DNA of 64,000 nucleotides from Nageia nagi (Eukaryota; Plantae; Pinophyta): the NCBI GenBank assembly GCA_050084985.1, contig JBITNC010000001.1, forward strand, positions 199,330,001 through 199,394,000. Reading direction: 5' to 3'. The notes below the pieces were generated by a model. It worked only from the letters and a program-made list of their open reading frames with translations. It searched no databases and had not been told where the DNA came from. Within the stretch, counting starts at the first letter, position 1; every line of letters begins with the position of its first letter. The position numbers and the translations under genes are program-made. This document shows, one piece after another, positions 26,198 through 40,699 of the stretch.

Positions 26198-29100
26198 TGC
26201 ATTTGGGACCCATTGAGTCTCCATAATGGAACCTATTCCCATATACAAAGGGTTTTATAGAGATCATGAACATTTGGAAGCATGCCATGGGAAGCACAAT
26301 TCCAAGGTAAACCAAGGTTAGTCATTCAAATCAAGAGATCAAGGTTTCTACGAATCAATAAAATCTCCAACACCATAAGGAAGACATTGAAATACCATAT
26401 CATGAGTGTGTAGAATATGTGTGTCAACAAATAATACCCAAGGAGGTAAGATGAAAAAAAATGCATAAGGAAGTTAGAAGAAATTTTGATAAATGGCTAG
26501 AGATCAACTAAATTGTAGTTCACCACCATGGGATATGAGGGAACTGAGCATGCACAAAGGGCTATGAGGTAGCCTTGAGATACAACAATCATACTGAGGA
26601 TAAAGAGGAATCCCAAGAATACCAAACCCTCCACCAAATTATATAAAGAGGCTCACAAAGAGAAATAAAAATAGGGACAACCAAAGAGAAGGATCATCAT
26701 AAGGACTCTAGAAAACATTTTTGGCCCCTTAGAACCCTATTATCTCCATGAAAGGAAATAGATGGGGAGAACCTCCAACACACTACCTTTTTTAAAAATA
26801 CATTATACCTTGACATAAACAATGAAGTGACTAGAAATGGGGAAGGCACACAAGCCACAAAGAGCATGCCAATTTATAAGCCCATAATACAAAAGAGTCC
26901 TCAAATATATCCAATGAATAAATGCCTAGTAGCAGGTCACCATTCACTAACAAATAAAGTGAATTAGCTAAAAAATAAGTGTAATAGATCTAAAATGCAA
27001 ATCCATACAAAATAGGAGGATGACCATAATGTGGAATTCCATAGCCATAACATCAAAGAGAGAGAGACCCACAAAGCTGTATGATCTCTAAGAGCACCAT
27101 GGGGATCAACCAAGATACATAAATCTACCAAACAACCCATAAGATGAGGGAAACATCATCAATAAAGAAAATAAGTTCTTGAAGCATACACCATGGGATG
27201 CCATCCACATGCATAGGGAAAAAACTCCATACGCAATAAATAATAATTGTAATCCCAAATAATTCATCTTTTTCTAGCATCTTTAAAGCATCCCCCAAAT
27301 GGGTGATCAGGCCATAGGTCACATATAGGTGATATCCACCAGAGGTAGGTGAATGAGTGCATAAAAGTGGCTATGACCATAATGAGGAAGAGATCTATGC
27401 CAAGATGTGTGTCAAACCTACAAACTACACACTCTCAAGAGAGATACCCATAAACATGTACTACCTACCATGGAATAAAATGCAAACAAAAAATGGAGGT
27501 GGGGGGATTGGCTCAAGGAGGCTAATCCCCCCTTACATATTTGCTAAGCAAATTATAGGGATAGGTTTAGAGAAAGTCTTACTTTGATAGTGTGAAAGGA
27601 AATAGAAGACTTGATATTATTACATGAGAATCCTTGGTTAAATAGCCATTGATGAATAATTATAACCATAGGATGTGTTGATACATGCAATGATCTCAAC
27701 CATCCAAACATAACAAACTAAGATAAGGATAAGAATGAAAACCAATGCATAAGGAATTAAATACCTCATATGAAGTATTATCAACCAACTTAGTAACACT
27801 AAAGTTAGATACCCTAACATAGTAAGCTTAATTAACTCCAACATGATTTGTATGTTTATGTTGATAATTTCCAATACATAAAGCCTTGTGATAAGTGAGA
27901 TCATATCTAATGGCCTAGAAATGCAATGTCCAAGTAGGCATGATATTAATGTACCTTAGGATCAATTTCATAGGTATAAATACCCAAAGAAATGATGTGG
28001 GATATTGGAATACCCAATCCTCCAATGTGGGGGTGAATTTATCCATAAATTACCAATGTACAAGTGTGGGAGTCATCTAATACCTTAGGATGCCAAATTC
28101 CTCTTTTGTAGTACCACATCCAATATTGGAGCTTTCATATATACCTTGAAGTCTATGTTATTACATTGGGGATGCTCTGCCTTGAAGAGGGGATCACTAA
28201 TGATAAGAGGACCATCTAAATTAAAATATTACATTTTTCAAGGCTAGAAATATGCAACACCTCATTTAGGGAGATGAATATTTTATTTACAAATATAATT
28301 ACCTTGGTATCATTAATATATCATTATTGGCATTTTAGGCACTTATCTAAATATACTAAATAAATAAAAAAAATCATTTTTCTATAATTAGAGCATTTAA
28401 CTAAGCTAATGTTCCCTATAAAAAGGGTCAAACCCTATAAAAATAGACAAAATCACACCTACGCTAATGTTCCTATTTATCAAAGGTGAAATGAGAAAAG
28501 CACCATAAAAATGGGAACATTACAAGTTTGCCCTTCCCAAATTGCTTATCCCTAAGTAATTTGAAACATTCATAGCTATAGTAGATTCTTTTTTATTTTC
28601 TTCTTCTTCATCATGGCTGATCCAAGAATTTTCAAAATATAGCTTCTTCTTTGGTGCAACTATCAAACATTATCTATGCCCAAGTTCAATACCCTTAATG
28701 ATGACCATTTTCCCCTAAAAAAATAATCTCATCTCTTATTGGTAGAAGTTGATATAAATGTTTCCTAAGGAATACATCCATTGTACTCCTAGTATTATTT
28801 CTTGTAATTCATCTTGAGGGAAGATATACAATTTTTCTTCAAGGAAATAATTTCCCATTTTGATTTTGAGTCTCACTAATTAGTCACATAATGTGTAGTG
28901 CCCATTAGCATTGGTGACATAAAATGCATCTACCACCTTCATGGGACATTTCTTACTCATTACAAATCCTAGGTTGATGAAGCTTTATGTCTCTCCAATA
29001 TCAATCATGATGAGAACATCTTCTCCAATTATATCTCCTTTTATTTTAATGGAACTATAGTGTGTATCCAAGTTACCTTCCATCATCCGTATAACTGAAA

Positions 29101-29755
29101 TTATATTTTGAAAAATATGTCTTAACTTTAATGGATGGTATTATTGTGGTTCCCTATTTTCCTTCCAATATTTATCATGTGCCAAAATTTTGAAAGCAAA
29201 CCTTTGTTTTTTCCCTTTGAGTGTCCAAATGTATCTCTCTTATTAATGCCACATGATACATTTCCTCTACTTAAGTCACCTAAATAAATTCACAAAACCT
29301 CAATGCTTCCTTGATGTCTTATGGGAGGGTTGAATATACCTAGAATAACTTATGCAAAGATGAGATGATTGAAGTGGTGTAAGGAGTATCTTCTTATCTA
29401 ACCATTTCTTCCTTCTTCTTCCCATGTTTGCATTGCTTTTGATGAAGTCTTCCTTTGTGATCAATTCTCACTATATATGCTCTCCTAATATGAATACCCT
29501 CATCTTAGCCTTCATAACGATGATGTGATTATTGGAATGTATAATACATTATTGTAAGGTTCTTCTTGTAAATTCACCAATACTTAAAGGTATCCCAAGA
29601 TACCTTAAGTATTTGAATGAATATGATAATGTAACTTATCCTACAATCCTCATGAGCATGACCCTTGTATAAAAAGGTAAAGCATGTCATATCTTTATAC
29701 AAGGGTAAAAAGGTGATCCAAGGGAGTATTTTTGTCCTAAATAGTAGGCCCTTTA
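26198..29755 (-). mobile_element. Element D: old non-autonomous Gypsy fragment (gag remnant, protease, PPT, partial 3' LTR 28524 leftwards)
   Basis: Minus-strand PPT TTGGGAAGGGCAAACT then TGTAATGTTCCC at 28524; LTR shares motifs with E's LTR; cut by E on the right and probably by A on the left. Confidence 0.65.
28690..29070 (-). pseudogene. Retroviral-like aspartic protease of element D
   Basis: SIKIKGDIIGEDVLIMIDIGET*SFI ... QEIILGVQWMYSLGNIYINF ... GKMVIIKG. Confidence 0.8.
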
Positions 29756-31059
29756 TGATAAGTTGTTCTAGGGCTCACTCCTCAAATATTCCCTAGGAGA
29801 GGAATGCTTGGCTTCAAACTTCTAGTTTGATCTATACAAGCCCAAACATGCACCAAATATATAAAAAAATGCTATATGTGACAAATTTAGCAATAATAAT
29901 CCAAAAATTCTCATAATATGCCAACATTTATCTATGCTTATCAATCACACAAATTGAACAAGCAATCCCTCTAGTAATCCAATGACCTAGTCAGGGAGCA
30001 AAATAATAAATTAATAATACAAAATACCTCCATAAATCCAACATTGCATTCAAAAAGCTGAAATAGGAATTAACAAATGTAAATGATACTTTAGATCCAA
30101 TGTTAGAAACAAAAAGGAAAAATAGCAATTCTATAATGTAATGATGCTTCCAAATCCAACATCCAAGCACAAAGAGACAAACAACAAAATATTGATGGAA
30201 AAATATAATTATATTCAATATAGTAAGAGTACTATAATTAAATTATTTTTATCAACCTAAGGATTTTGTACTAGGACTATCTCTAATAGGGTTATTTAGG
30301 ATGTCTCCAAGGCCTCACCAATCCAATACATAGTGAGGTGATACCAAGTCTCCTCTACAACAACTATGATGGAACTAACAACATTCCTCTCAATATGGAT
30401 AAATTTTAAGAGTAGCCTCTTATTCCCTTGATACTCAAATGTGTTATTCTCATAATGACACTAATAAGGGGTTTAATCAATGTAGTAAATTAATTCCTCC
30501 ATATTTAAAACTAAGGCATTACAAAATTGAAACCACACATGATAAACACATCTAAAATATCACATAACATAATATGGAAGGAGGTTCACAAATTTGGATA
30601 CATCCCCAAAAATGATTTCTTGGACTTACATCTAAATATAGCCTTTGAAAAGCACCAAATTTACAAATAATTTACCATCACCCACTAGAAGGATCATTAA
30701 CCCCTAGCTTTACTAGCACAAAATGGAAGGAGATACCAATCTCTTAATTTACCAACACCAACTATAAGATTACAAAACTCTAATGAAGATAATTAAACCC
30801 TATCAAAATATCCTAAATAATCTAGCTCATTAAACTTTCTTTGAATGTTTATATCCAAATTCTACAATCTTCTCAAACCCTACATACAAACAAACTCATA
30901 CTTTACACATTGATGATCTCAATCTTACAAAAATGAGTGATATTTTCTCAAATAATTCCACTTACTATCCACTTACAACATCATGACAATTGCATAATAA
31001 CTTCACCAGTACATGCCCAATAGAGTATGTTGACAATAATGACAATACCTTACTCAACA

Positions 31060-31160
31060 ATCTCCCCCTTTGGAATTGTTGGCAACACAACAATATTTTC
31101 TTGTAACTCTTCTCCCCCTTTGATGATAGTGACAAAGTATTGCTATAATCTCCCGCTAAA
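31060..31160 (-). promoter_or_regulatory. Multiple PPT cluster of element F
   Basis: AAAGGGGGAGA copies at ~31061 and ~31111, decayed copy at ~31150; multi-PPT is a Sirevirus hallmark. Confidence 0.75.
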
Positions 31161-31799
31161 TCCATGTATAACATTCTCAATAACATGTTGAAATAGAAAT
31201 AATATTAAGAATCATAAATAGGAGAAGGAGAAAATAAAATAATGAGTAATTATTCCACCTATCTTTAAATGCTATAAACCTTGCACAATATGTCAACCTC
31301 ACTCAGCATCATCAACATTGCAAAAACACCATCATAGTAATAATAATAGCCAAAAATGAACTACATCATGAAAGCTCCAATGGATGCACATGCAATCACA
31401 ACTCCACTCACTAGCACATGAGTAGTATATAACATCATTGTACTAATAACAATGTCACTTTGTTATAAATTAGAAGTAGTAGTATATAACATCTCATAAG
31501 CAACTCTAATATCCATGAAAAATTTATGAAAGTAATAACTTCAAAAATGAAAACTTCACTCAAATTCTATTTAGAAACACCATACAAATATATCATACTA
31601 TTATATGAAAACTTTTACTCCCCCTTACTACTTACTCACCATCCTTAGGAAACTCTTACATAGTAGGAGCTTTAGATTTTATTAAACATACTCCCCATAA
31701 AGATGTGTTACTATTGATGCTTTCAATGGTGTGGAAGTGTGCTCACTCCTAGCCTTTGTTGCCCTTATTTGAATTTACTCAATTGAAAATAAGACAAGT

Positions 31800-32980
31800 T
31801 CTATACCTATTTTTCAAAAAACTTTATATCTTTCCTCATTCAATATGATTGAAATTTTTTTCCCTAAAAATGATTTGATGAAAATGTGCTTCTATAATTT
31901 CTTTCAATATGTCCAAAATTTTGGTAATTTTAACATTCTTTTGCATAATCCATTAAAGGTGAGAAGACATTTCTACTTGAAAAGTTTATTAGTACCACAT
32001 TGTACTTGCAATCCAAAATACTATTTCCATAACCATTACACTTCAAATAATAACCATCAAAAGCATTATTATGAACAAAATGAAAGTGATAGAATCTCTT
32101 TTGTAGTGGTTTCCAACATGTTTATTGATATTGATAAGTTGTTGGTCTCTTTTGGTATTATTTCCAATACCTTCTATTCTACAACTTATTATTTATCTTC
32201 TTATATTCTGATTCCTTCTCTTTTGTATGCCTTTTTGAAGATTCAAGTTTAAACTTTTCTTGCTCAATTTTCCTTTCTTCAAAAGCATTAGAGTTCTCCT
32301 TATTTATATCTTTGGAGGATGAGAATTGTTCAAGTTCATATCTAAGACCAAAATTATTATTGAATTTTCTTTATTTCCTTATCATTTCATCTACGAACCC
32401 TGATATCTTCTCAAATTTGAGGCTAGTAGTTAACTAATGATTGACCTCTTCTAGTTGCTTCCTCAATGAAACCATTTCCTCTTCAATTTTACATTAGGAA
32501 GTATCTTTCTCTTTGATTTGCAACTTAATATTTTATTCAATGTTTCTAAACTCTTTTCCTTGTAGCTTTAGATTGCTAACAATCTTTTTGGTTTCCTCTT
32601 AATGTTTATTGCATGGCTTAGATTTATCATCTATGATTGATCTCAAAGCTTCTTCCTTCTTCTTAGATGCCTTAAGTTCTTCAATTTTATTACCATATTC
32701 TTGAAAATTCTTTCATATTATTTTGTTCTTCTTTCTTTCTAAACTCAATTCTTCTAATGCAATAATCAACTCTCCTTCCAAATATACTTCAACATCAACT
32801 TCTTCATGTCATAATATTTTTCTTATTCTATCTCTCTTGTATCTATCAAAAATAGTTCACTTGGTTATTCTTCAATCTTTACAACTTTGGATCTGACTCT
32901 TTCATTGGATTCTTCTTATTGTACTTGAATATATTAAGATTCCTTTTTAGAGGATGATCTCTTCTTTCTACCCATAGTGT
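31800..32980 (-). pseudogene. gag: Sirevirus-type gag C-terminal region (coiled coil + two CCHC-like knuckles)
   Basis: E/K-rich reading; AFDGYYLKCNGYGNSILDCK and EC*NYQNFGHIERNYR. Confidence 0.7.
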
Positions 32981-35049
32981 CAAAAACCAAGATCTTCCTT
33001 GGCTAATTAAGCATCACATGGGAATCCAATCTGATACCAATTGTTAATCATACAATGATATTGATATGGGGGTGAATTAGTGTAGCAAATTAATTACTCA
33101 GTATTTAAAACCAAAGCAATGCAAAATTGAAACTAGACACAACAAACACATCTAAAATATCACACAATATAATATATAACAAGGTTCACTAATTTGGCTA
33201 CATCCCCAAAAATGACTACTTGGACTTTCATCCAAATCTAGCCTTTGCAAAGAACCAAATTTACAAATAATTTACCATCATCCACTAGAAGGAGAATCAA
33301 CCCCTAGCTTTACCAATACCAATTAGAAGGAGACACCAATCCCTTGATTTACCCACACTAACTAGAAGGAGCACCAACCCTTGATTTACTAGCATTAACT
33401 GGAATATCATAAAACTTTGATGAATATAATTAAACCCTATCAAAAATATAATGAATGTTCTAGCTCATGAAACTTTGTCTTTGAATATTTATGTCCAAAC
33501 TCTACAATATTATCAAACCCTGTGTACATACTAACTCATACTTTGGACACTAATGATCTCAATCTTTGCATCTCAATTCTTTTCTTCATCACATAAACAT
33601 ATTGGATTCAATCATCTCTCATACCCTATAGCAAACCCTTGCCTTTCTGGCCTTTTAAAGTAAGTAAAATATAATTAGCCTCCAAAAATCCCCTATGATA
33701 ACAATTCTCCAAAATGCCCCCTATGGTAATGGGCCTCCAAATGCCCCCAATTAAAATGCTTTGAATGAAGGTCAAATATTTAGCAAAGGTAGGCCTATGT
33801 ATATTCATTAAAAAGGTATCTTTGAGGGCTATCTAATGAAAAAATAAATAAACCAATTAGATAAACCTATCTAAATTTATTCCCTTACAAATATGATTTA
33901 TGTTTTCTTAAAAAATTCCACTTAGTAAAACTACATTATAACTTCACAAGTATATGCCCAATAGAGTGTGTTGATAATAATGAAAATACCTTGCCCAACA
34001 AAATGTAGGTTTCCCCATAAGTGGAAAATATAGAGTCTCCACTCAATCTGAAATAAAAAGGTTTAATAACAAATTCAACATATCTCATAATGACTATGAG
34101 TTCTCTTTTTATACGTAAAGGTGATCCATCTTTTGATCTTACATTGAGAAAATCCAATGTTGGAGAGATGTGATACATGTGTTTTATCTATCTATATCAT
34201 GATTGGAGAGCCTAGGGATAAATTAAATATCATCCAAGGGAACAAAAATGCCACATCCAATAAGAGATTATTTCTAGTACCTTTGGATCATCATGGTTAC
34301 TCAACTTAAGTTCCATAAATCCATCATTTCCCCATGTTCAAGTGTGGTAGTCATAAACTTGCATAGGGATGGAAAATAATAATATCCAATGACCAAGTAT
34401 GCAATGTCCCATTAAAGAGACTAATATTTCATTTACAATTATTAATTTACCTTATAATCATGTATAAAAAGTGGCCTATGAAATTACAAGTATTATTAGC
34501 ACATAAATACATCATAGATTCCTATGTTCCATGTTGGAGAATATTCAAGTGGAATTAAATTAAAATATTCCTAATTAAATAAAAATCATTCCTAGATTAA
34601 TGAAATATAAATTACACATCCTTAGAGGATGGGCTTCACTCTCAAATGAGAGTAAATCATGGATTCTTGTGCATGTGCGATATGAGAAGATTGGCCTAAT
34701 GAGTGAACTTAAAGGTACCATATCTTCCTCATTTCTTGCTAAAAGTAGGTTGTATAACCTATCAAAATGATTGGCATAAGGTCATCTATCCATTTCAAGT
34801 TTTGAAACATCCATTCTTGGCTTGTAGAAGATAAAATCCCCTTAAAACCAAAAATGAGTGAAACCTTAAAAATTAGGGATATTACAAGTTTTCCCTTCCC
34901 AAATCGCTTGTTCCCAAGAAATGCTAAAACATTTTCCAAGTTGATAATATCTCAATTAATTCTTAAAGGAAATTCTTCATGCTTTCATTAGATGATTTAG
35001 ATGCAATAAGTAGATGCATGTGCAAAGAGTATCACTACAAATGTTCTAA

Positions 35050-35410
35050 TTCCTAGTTTACATTCAATAGACACCAATAATTACCATTAAGTATTCAATT
35101 TGTGCCAAAGATACCATTCAAAAATATCTCTCAAGTATCTTAGAGCCCTTCTAAACCTTTTTGGAGAGTGTAATATGCTCCAATATTCCCAAGTAAGTTG
35201 TAAACTATGTAAGTGTATTCGCAACCTTATGTATGATATTTGATGGTATGACATCATGCAACCAAACATCTAATTGTTCTTCCAAATCAACCTTATTCAA
35301 TGTGTTAGAAACCCTTTTACTTATAGCATAAATGAAGTAATCAACCTTAATAAGTATTCCAACCTTGTGTATGGATAGATATGGGTGTAACCATGCTCCC
35401 AAACTTTGAA
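35050..35410 (-). pseudogene. Highly decayed integrase-like remnant of element E
   Basis: GILIKVD...VWLHDVIPSNII resembles ILVVVD...RLHGxPxxIV. Confidence 0.4.
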
Positions 35411-35519
35411 TGTGCCTACTATAGTTTTGTTTTTATGTGCAACTTTTGAAATTGGGGAAGAATATGGTTCTTTGGTACTAAATTCCTTCTTCAAAGCTAT
35501 CTAGAACATCTTACTAAGC

Positions 35520-36975
35520 TCTTATTTGAGTGATTGATGAAATGTAACTTGAACATTTCCCATTTGAAGTCCTTCATACAATATTATAGCATGAAGAGAA
35601 TTCATATACCTAGCATTTAGGCTCCACCCTCTAACTCTTATTCCATTATCTTCATCATATGTGAGTGTACAACCTTCAAAGAATGTGTTTATAGATTTAG
35701 GGCATACTTTGAGTGATGAATTATAATCTACTTTTTGCAAAGTAACTTCCTCTTTACTTTCTACTCTTTTATCATAAAGCTTATTCTTTAACTTCATATT
35801 TATGTCCATTACATCCTCCTCATCCCTTTAAACTCTATCCAATGATTAAGATAAACAAACATTATCTTCTTTTAGAATAATAACCATCTCTTCTAATTGA
35901 TAATTTCTCCTAGAAACTTCATCTAATTCCAAATTGATATTATGGAGTCGTTCTTGATATTGAAGTTCCTTTTCCATGTAGTTTTTCTACAATATTCTAT
36001 ATTTTTTGTTGTTGGTTGTTTCTTTTGTTGTAGCTATAAGTAATTATTGTTCTAAGTGTTTGATTTTCTCAAAATATATCACCTTCAGATTTTCATTTTT
36101 GTGGTGAATATTTTTCAGCTCTCCCTCCTTATGTATTAACATATCCTTGAGCATCATAATCTCTACTTTCATTCTTTTAATGTCACTTTTTAGCTTTTTT
36201 TGCTTCAAATTTACCTTCTTCGAGAGCAATCACTAGTTTAGTAATTTCTTCCATTACATCTTCAAATATAAGTTTTATCAATCAATTATGTTCCATGAGT
36301 TGGATTTCCTTTTTATTTCAAGCTACCGTGGACCTTTTAACTTCCAATTATGTCTTTTTATCTGTTTGCCTATCCTCCTCATATTTGTCTTTAGTCTTAA
36401 CTAGAAGGGCCTAATACTTTACCTCTATGTATTGTATTTCTTTTTGAATGAACTTGATAAACTTATATTTGTGACTCAATTCTATTTCCTTTAATCTGAT
36501 GGTTGAATCAAAGTTAGAATTCTTTTTGTGAAGAAGCTTGATTTCCTTTTCCTTTTGTTGAATAAAGGATTTAATTTTTATCTTTAAGGATTCCTCTCTT
36601 TATTGTTTAAGTGTCATATCCTCTTGCGATGCCACTTGAGATAGTTCATATTTCTCTTTCCATTCAAAACTCTCCCTTTATGTTTCCATAAAAGCTCTAT
36701 CTATATCCTCATGCCTTGCCTCTAATGCTTCATACTCACTTTCCAAATTATTCAAGCTTTTCCTTGCCTTCATGAGATTTTTCTTCATTTTTGCTAGCTC
36801 ATTAGAAAGAGTGTTTACCTCCCCTTGTTCCCTTGTATATTTCCATCGATCTAGAGAAATAGTTCTTCCTTCATTTCAAACCATCTTTAAAAGTATCCTC
36901 CTCCTTTTTAGAAATTCCTTAAAGTCATCCATCTCCTTATATTTTTCTAAATCAATTTTGTTAATTTCAAATTAT
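35520..36975 (-). pseudogene. Degenerate E/K-rich coiled-coil ORF of element E
   Basis: ORF 36044-36229 and flanks are heptad-like, K/E/L-rich. Confidence 0.55.
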
Positions 36976-39299
36976 TATTTATATATGTTTTGGTATCACC
37001 TAGGTTTTTTATACTAAATGAACTAAATACACATAAACATTTAAGTATGCTTTATCTAAGCTATTTAACTCAAATAAACATACATGACTAAGGGAATATT
37101 ACATTGCAGTAATAGAATAATGAATTTACATTAACATCAAGATGTAAAATGAGCTACACATACTAAAGAAAAGGGAATCAAGTGAAAGATAAATACATGT
37201 GTGTCCTTACCTATGCTATAATCAAGGATATGATGGATGAACTTGTCAAAGAGTAATGACCTTGTTGTACAAACCCCAAGGCCAACTATAGAAGAAATAT
37301 TAGCATGGGTGCTAATCATTAAGAGCTCAATGTGAGTGTAAACATCAATGTAGGTGCTAGCATTTTGAATAAATGAGCCTTGCCAACAAGGATCGATTAT
37401 AAGAAATATGATAATTCAAACCAAGCATATGATCATAAATATGGATAATGGATATTCAATCAAGTGGTTACAAGAGTTCAATCTCAATAGGTAGTGTTTA
37501 TAAACATCCAAGAGTAGGGTACCAGCTATTGATATGTAATTTTGACATGCTTTCCCCATGTTATAGATACTTATATTTTTATCATATGTGATATCACCAT
37601 TTTACCCCTTGAATATTGGTTGAAGCTCTCTTGGTGTACCTAACATAAAAATAAGAACACAACATAAGAAATTAGTGATAATAAGAGTAAAATATGACTA
37701 AAATATGATTAAATATGTATGTAATGTTGTACTTAAGTGGGACTATATTAAGGGATCACTTTTAGGTGTTAATATATGCCCCCTTTTGTAAGTATGATGA
37801 AATTGAATCATGAAATGATATTATGCTTGCAAATGAAGTAAAGGTAAAGAGAAGAAAATTTTGACACTTCTTTGTTTTATTTGTGTAAATCATCAAGGAT
37901 TTGATGATGTATATCCCCTCCTCTTTTCCTTACTTGTGAGATACAATGGCTTTCATGTAATAGAATCAACCAATACCAAAGAATGAAACCTAAAAATGAG
38001 AGGCATACACTTCCAAGCATGTATATGATTGTTAACTCATAAAAGATATAGCAATGATAGTAAGAATAACATCATAGCATTTCATCAAATGATATGGGAA
38101 TAATATTTTAAATATGAAATAAATATAATATGCATACTCATCTTGAAAAATACCAAATACAAAATACAAAAATACTCAATATTTCATTCTTAAATACATA
38201 CATAATAAAACATGATAAAGATGTATCCAAATTGTCATGGGGTACATGCCTTATTCTTAGATGGAACACATGCAATCAAAACCATATATGTTAAAATCAC
38301 CATGATGTACATGCCCCCTTACTAGATGTAACATATGAATCATAAAAAACTATATAGTGATGGTTAGTTGATACCCAACCAACAAAGGTTACAAAAAGAT
38401 GGAGTTTAGTTGAAATCCAACCAGCAAAAGTGACTCAAATACATGGTTGGTTTGAATATTTCCTAGCCATGTCTGTGATATGCTACTCATTGTCATGAGG
38501 TACATGCATCATTATTATATGGTATTTAACATATGATAGCTTTTAATATTTTCCAACCATGCATGATAATAGTACCAATGATAATGTGGCCATTAGATTA
38601 ATGATTAGTTTAGTCTCAATCACTAGGCTAACCTAAGAAATATGGGTGGTTTAATCCCAACCAAATGATCAAAATAGTGATGGTTATTTAACATTTACCT
38701 AACAAGGACATGTTGAATCAAGAAAATAATGAAGCATTATATAATTGAATTATGATCATGAATGTAGAGGTTAAAGAGTAGAAAAAGATACCTACACTTA
38801 CCTTTATCAAACTATCTAATTTGATGTAAAAATATTAGCATAGACATTGATGTTAGCATGAGAATGGAAGGTAGTGCAGGATCTAAGCCTCACTTTGATT
38901 CTAACACTGCAATTTTTATGGTACTAAAGTGTGACTATCTTGAGAGGTTTGACCTATGTGTGATGTCTAAAAACAACATAGAATTGCTTAAGACATTGTC
39001 TATATGACTAATTTAACCAACATCATTGGTCTATTTATGAAAATTAATTAAATCTAATATGAAGCTACCATATGTTCTATTTAACCTAAATATGATCCCT
39101 AATCCCTATGATTTTTAATTTTGTCCAAAATATGCAAAGAATTCTAGCATAAGAGCTAGGATGGATGATGAATTTTACATAGAAAGCTAGCATAGGTGTT
39201 AGAGCAACATAACAAAAATAGAACTAGGATCCTAATTTATGGTCTTTATACTAATGACTAACTAAAGGAAAACCTATAGAACATTTGTGACCAGCTTCC

Positions 39300-40400
39300 C
39301 TTATGCATAAAAGTGATTGAGTTATTTTTCATTAGTTAAAAATTTTTCAACTTTGCCATCAACTATTGCTAATATGTATGCATTATTTGGATACTTTATA
39401 TTGATGATGTAATTACCATTCCAATTAGTCTCAAAATTTCCTTTTTCTTGCTTTTTAGCATGTGAATTATAATGATTCTCCTTGAGTACTTGATCATCCA
39501 CTTGGAACTCTTAGGGTATAATCTTCTTGCCATATTCTTTCTTTGATCTTCTTCGATAAGCTCAAATATGTTATAAGGTATGGATTCTCTTTTCATCTAA
39601 TCCTTCTAGTTGCTTAATCTTTCCTTTTATTGCTCTTTCCAATAAATGATGCCTTATAGAGACACCCAAAATGATGATATTTCTACCTTCAATGGTAAGA
39701 TTACCTCATATCCATAGACCAATGAAAATGGATTACAACTTGTAGATGATATGATACTTGTTTTCTATGCCCATAATGCATATATAAGTTGTGAATGCCA
39801 ATCTCTATTAGTTTTCTTAACTATATTGCACAAAATGTTGGTAATTATCTTATTGGTTGCTTCTAATTATCCATTACCTTATGGATAATATGTTTATCAA
39901 AACCTTTGTTTGATTTTGAAGCTCTTACATAATTCCTTAATCTATTTATTTCTAAAGTTCTTTCCATTATCCATGATAATATGAGATGGAATGCCAAATC
40001 TTGTTATGATGTTTTCAATCATGAACTTCATGATTTGAGGACCTTTAAAGGATCTCAAAGGTATAGATTTTTCCCATTTTGTGAAGTATTATATAGAAAA
40101 TAGGATGAATTTGTGTCCCTCGCTAGATTTAGTATTGATAACTCCAATTAAATCCAAATCCCAAATAGCAAAAGCCCAAGGAGATATCATTGTGGCTAAT
40201 TCACTTAAAGGAGTTTGTTTCAAGTTAGCATGCTTTTGACACTTTTCATATTTTTGAACACATAAAATTCAATCCTTTTCCATATATGGCCAATAATAAC
40301 CTAGTCTTAAGAGCTTATGATAGATGGCTTTACCATTTAAATGACCTCCATTATTCTATCATATACTTGTTATATACCTTTATTCACTTCAATTTCATTT
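39300..40400 (-). pseudogene. Integrase of element I
   Basis: GHLNGK..LRLGYYWP; PWAFAIWDLDLIG; YFTKW; IITRFGIPSHIIMDNG. Confidence 0.9.
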
Positions 40401-40699
40401 AGACATCTAAGCAAAGTACCATTAAATGATCTCTTATAAAGAATATCACCAATAATGATAATACCTTGTAGCCATGAATTTTAGCCTTCATTTGAAAACT
40501 TAAATTGATATGAATATTTAATCTTTCATTGCTTGAGATAGTTGTAGATGTTAGCATACCATGCATGCAATGGGAGGATAGAATATATGAGTGTCTCTCT
40601 CTTGAAGAACCTTTGAAATTAATCATCATCTAGAAAAGAACAATATCTAAGGTTATCGATTTTGATAATGGTTTCCTCATATTTAACTAAGATAAGTGT

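Larger units (their letters stand above)
30442..34000 (-). mobile_element. Element F: non-autonomous SIRE/Sirevirus-like Ty1/Copia
   Basis: Perfect TSD AAATG (30437-30441, 34001-34005); LTRs 30442-31059 and 33042-34000; PBS TGGTATCAGA 33030-33039; repeated AGGGGGAG PPTs; ATTCACCCCC near LTR 3' end; empty site at ~61565. Confidence 0.9.

Noticed and set aside
27100-27910. Possible plant mobile domain (PMD) relic on minus strand (YACG...LMGCL; VWMVEI)
   Set aside because: Motifs are weak, in different frames and not in PMD order; needs an HMM test
31845-32252. 135-aa plus-strand ORF
   Set aside because: Antisense to F's gag zinc-knuckle region
36991-37000. TGGTATCACC as an iMet PBS (also at 44953)
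   Set aside because: Lies inside both LTR copies of element I
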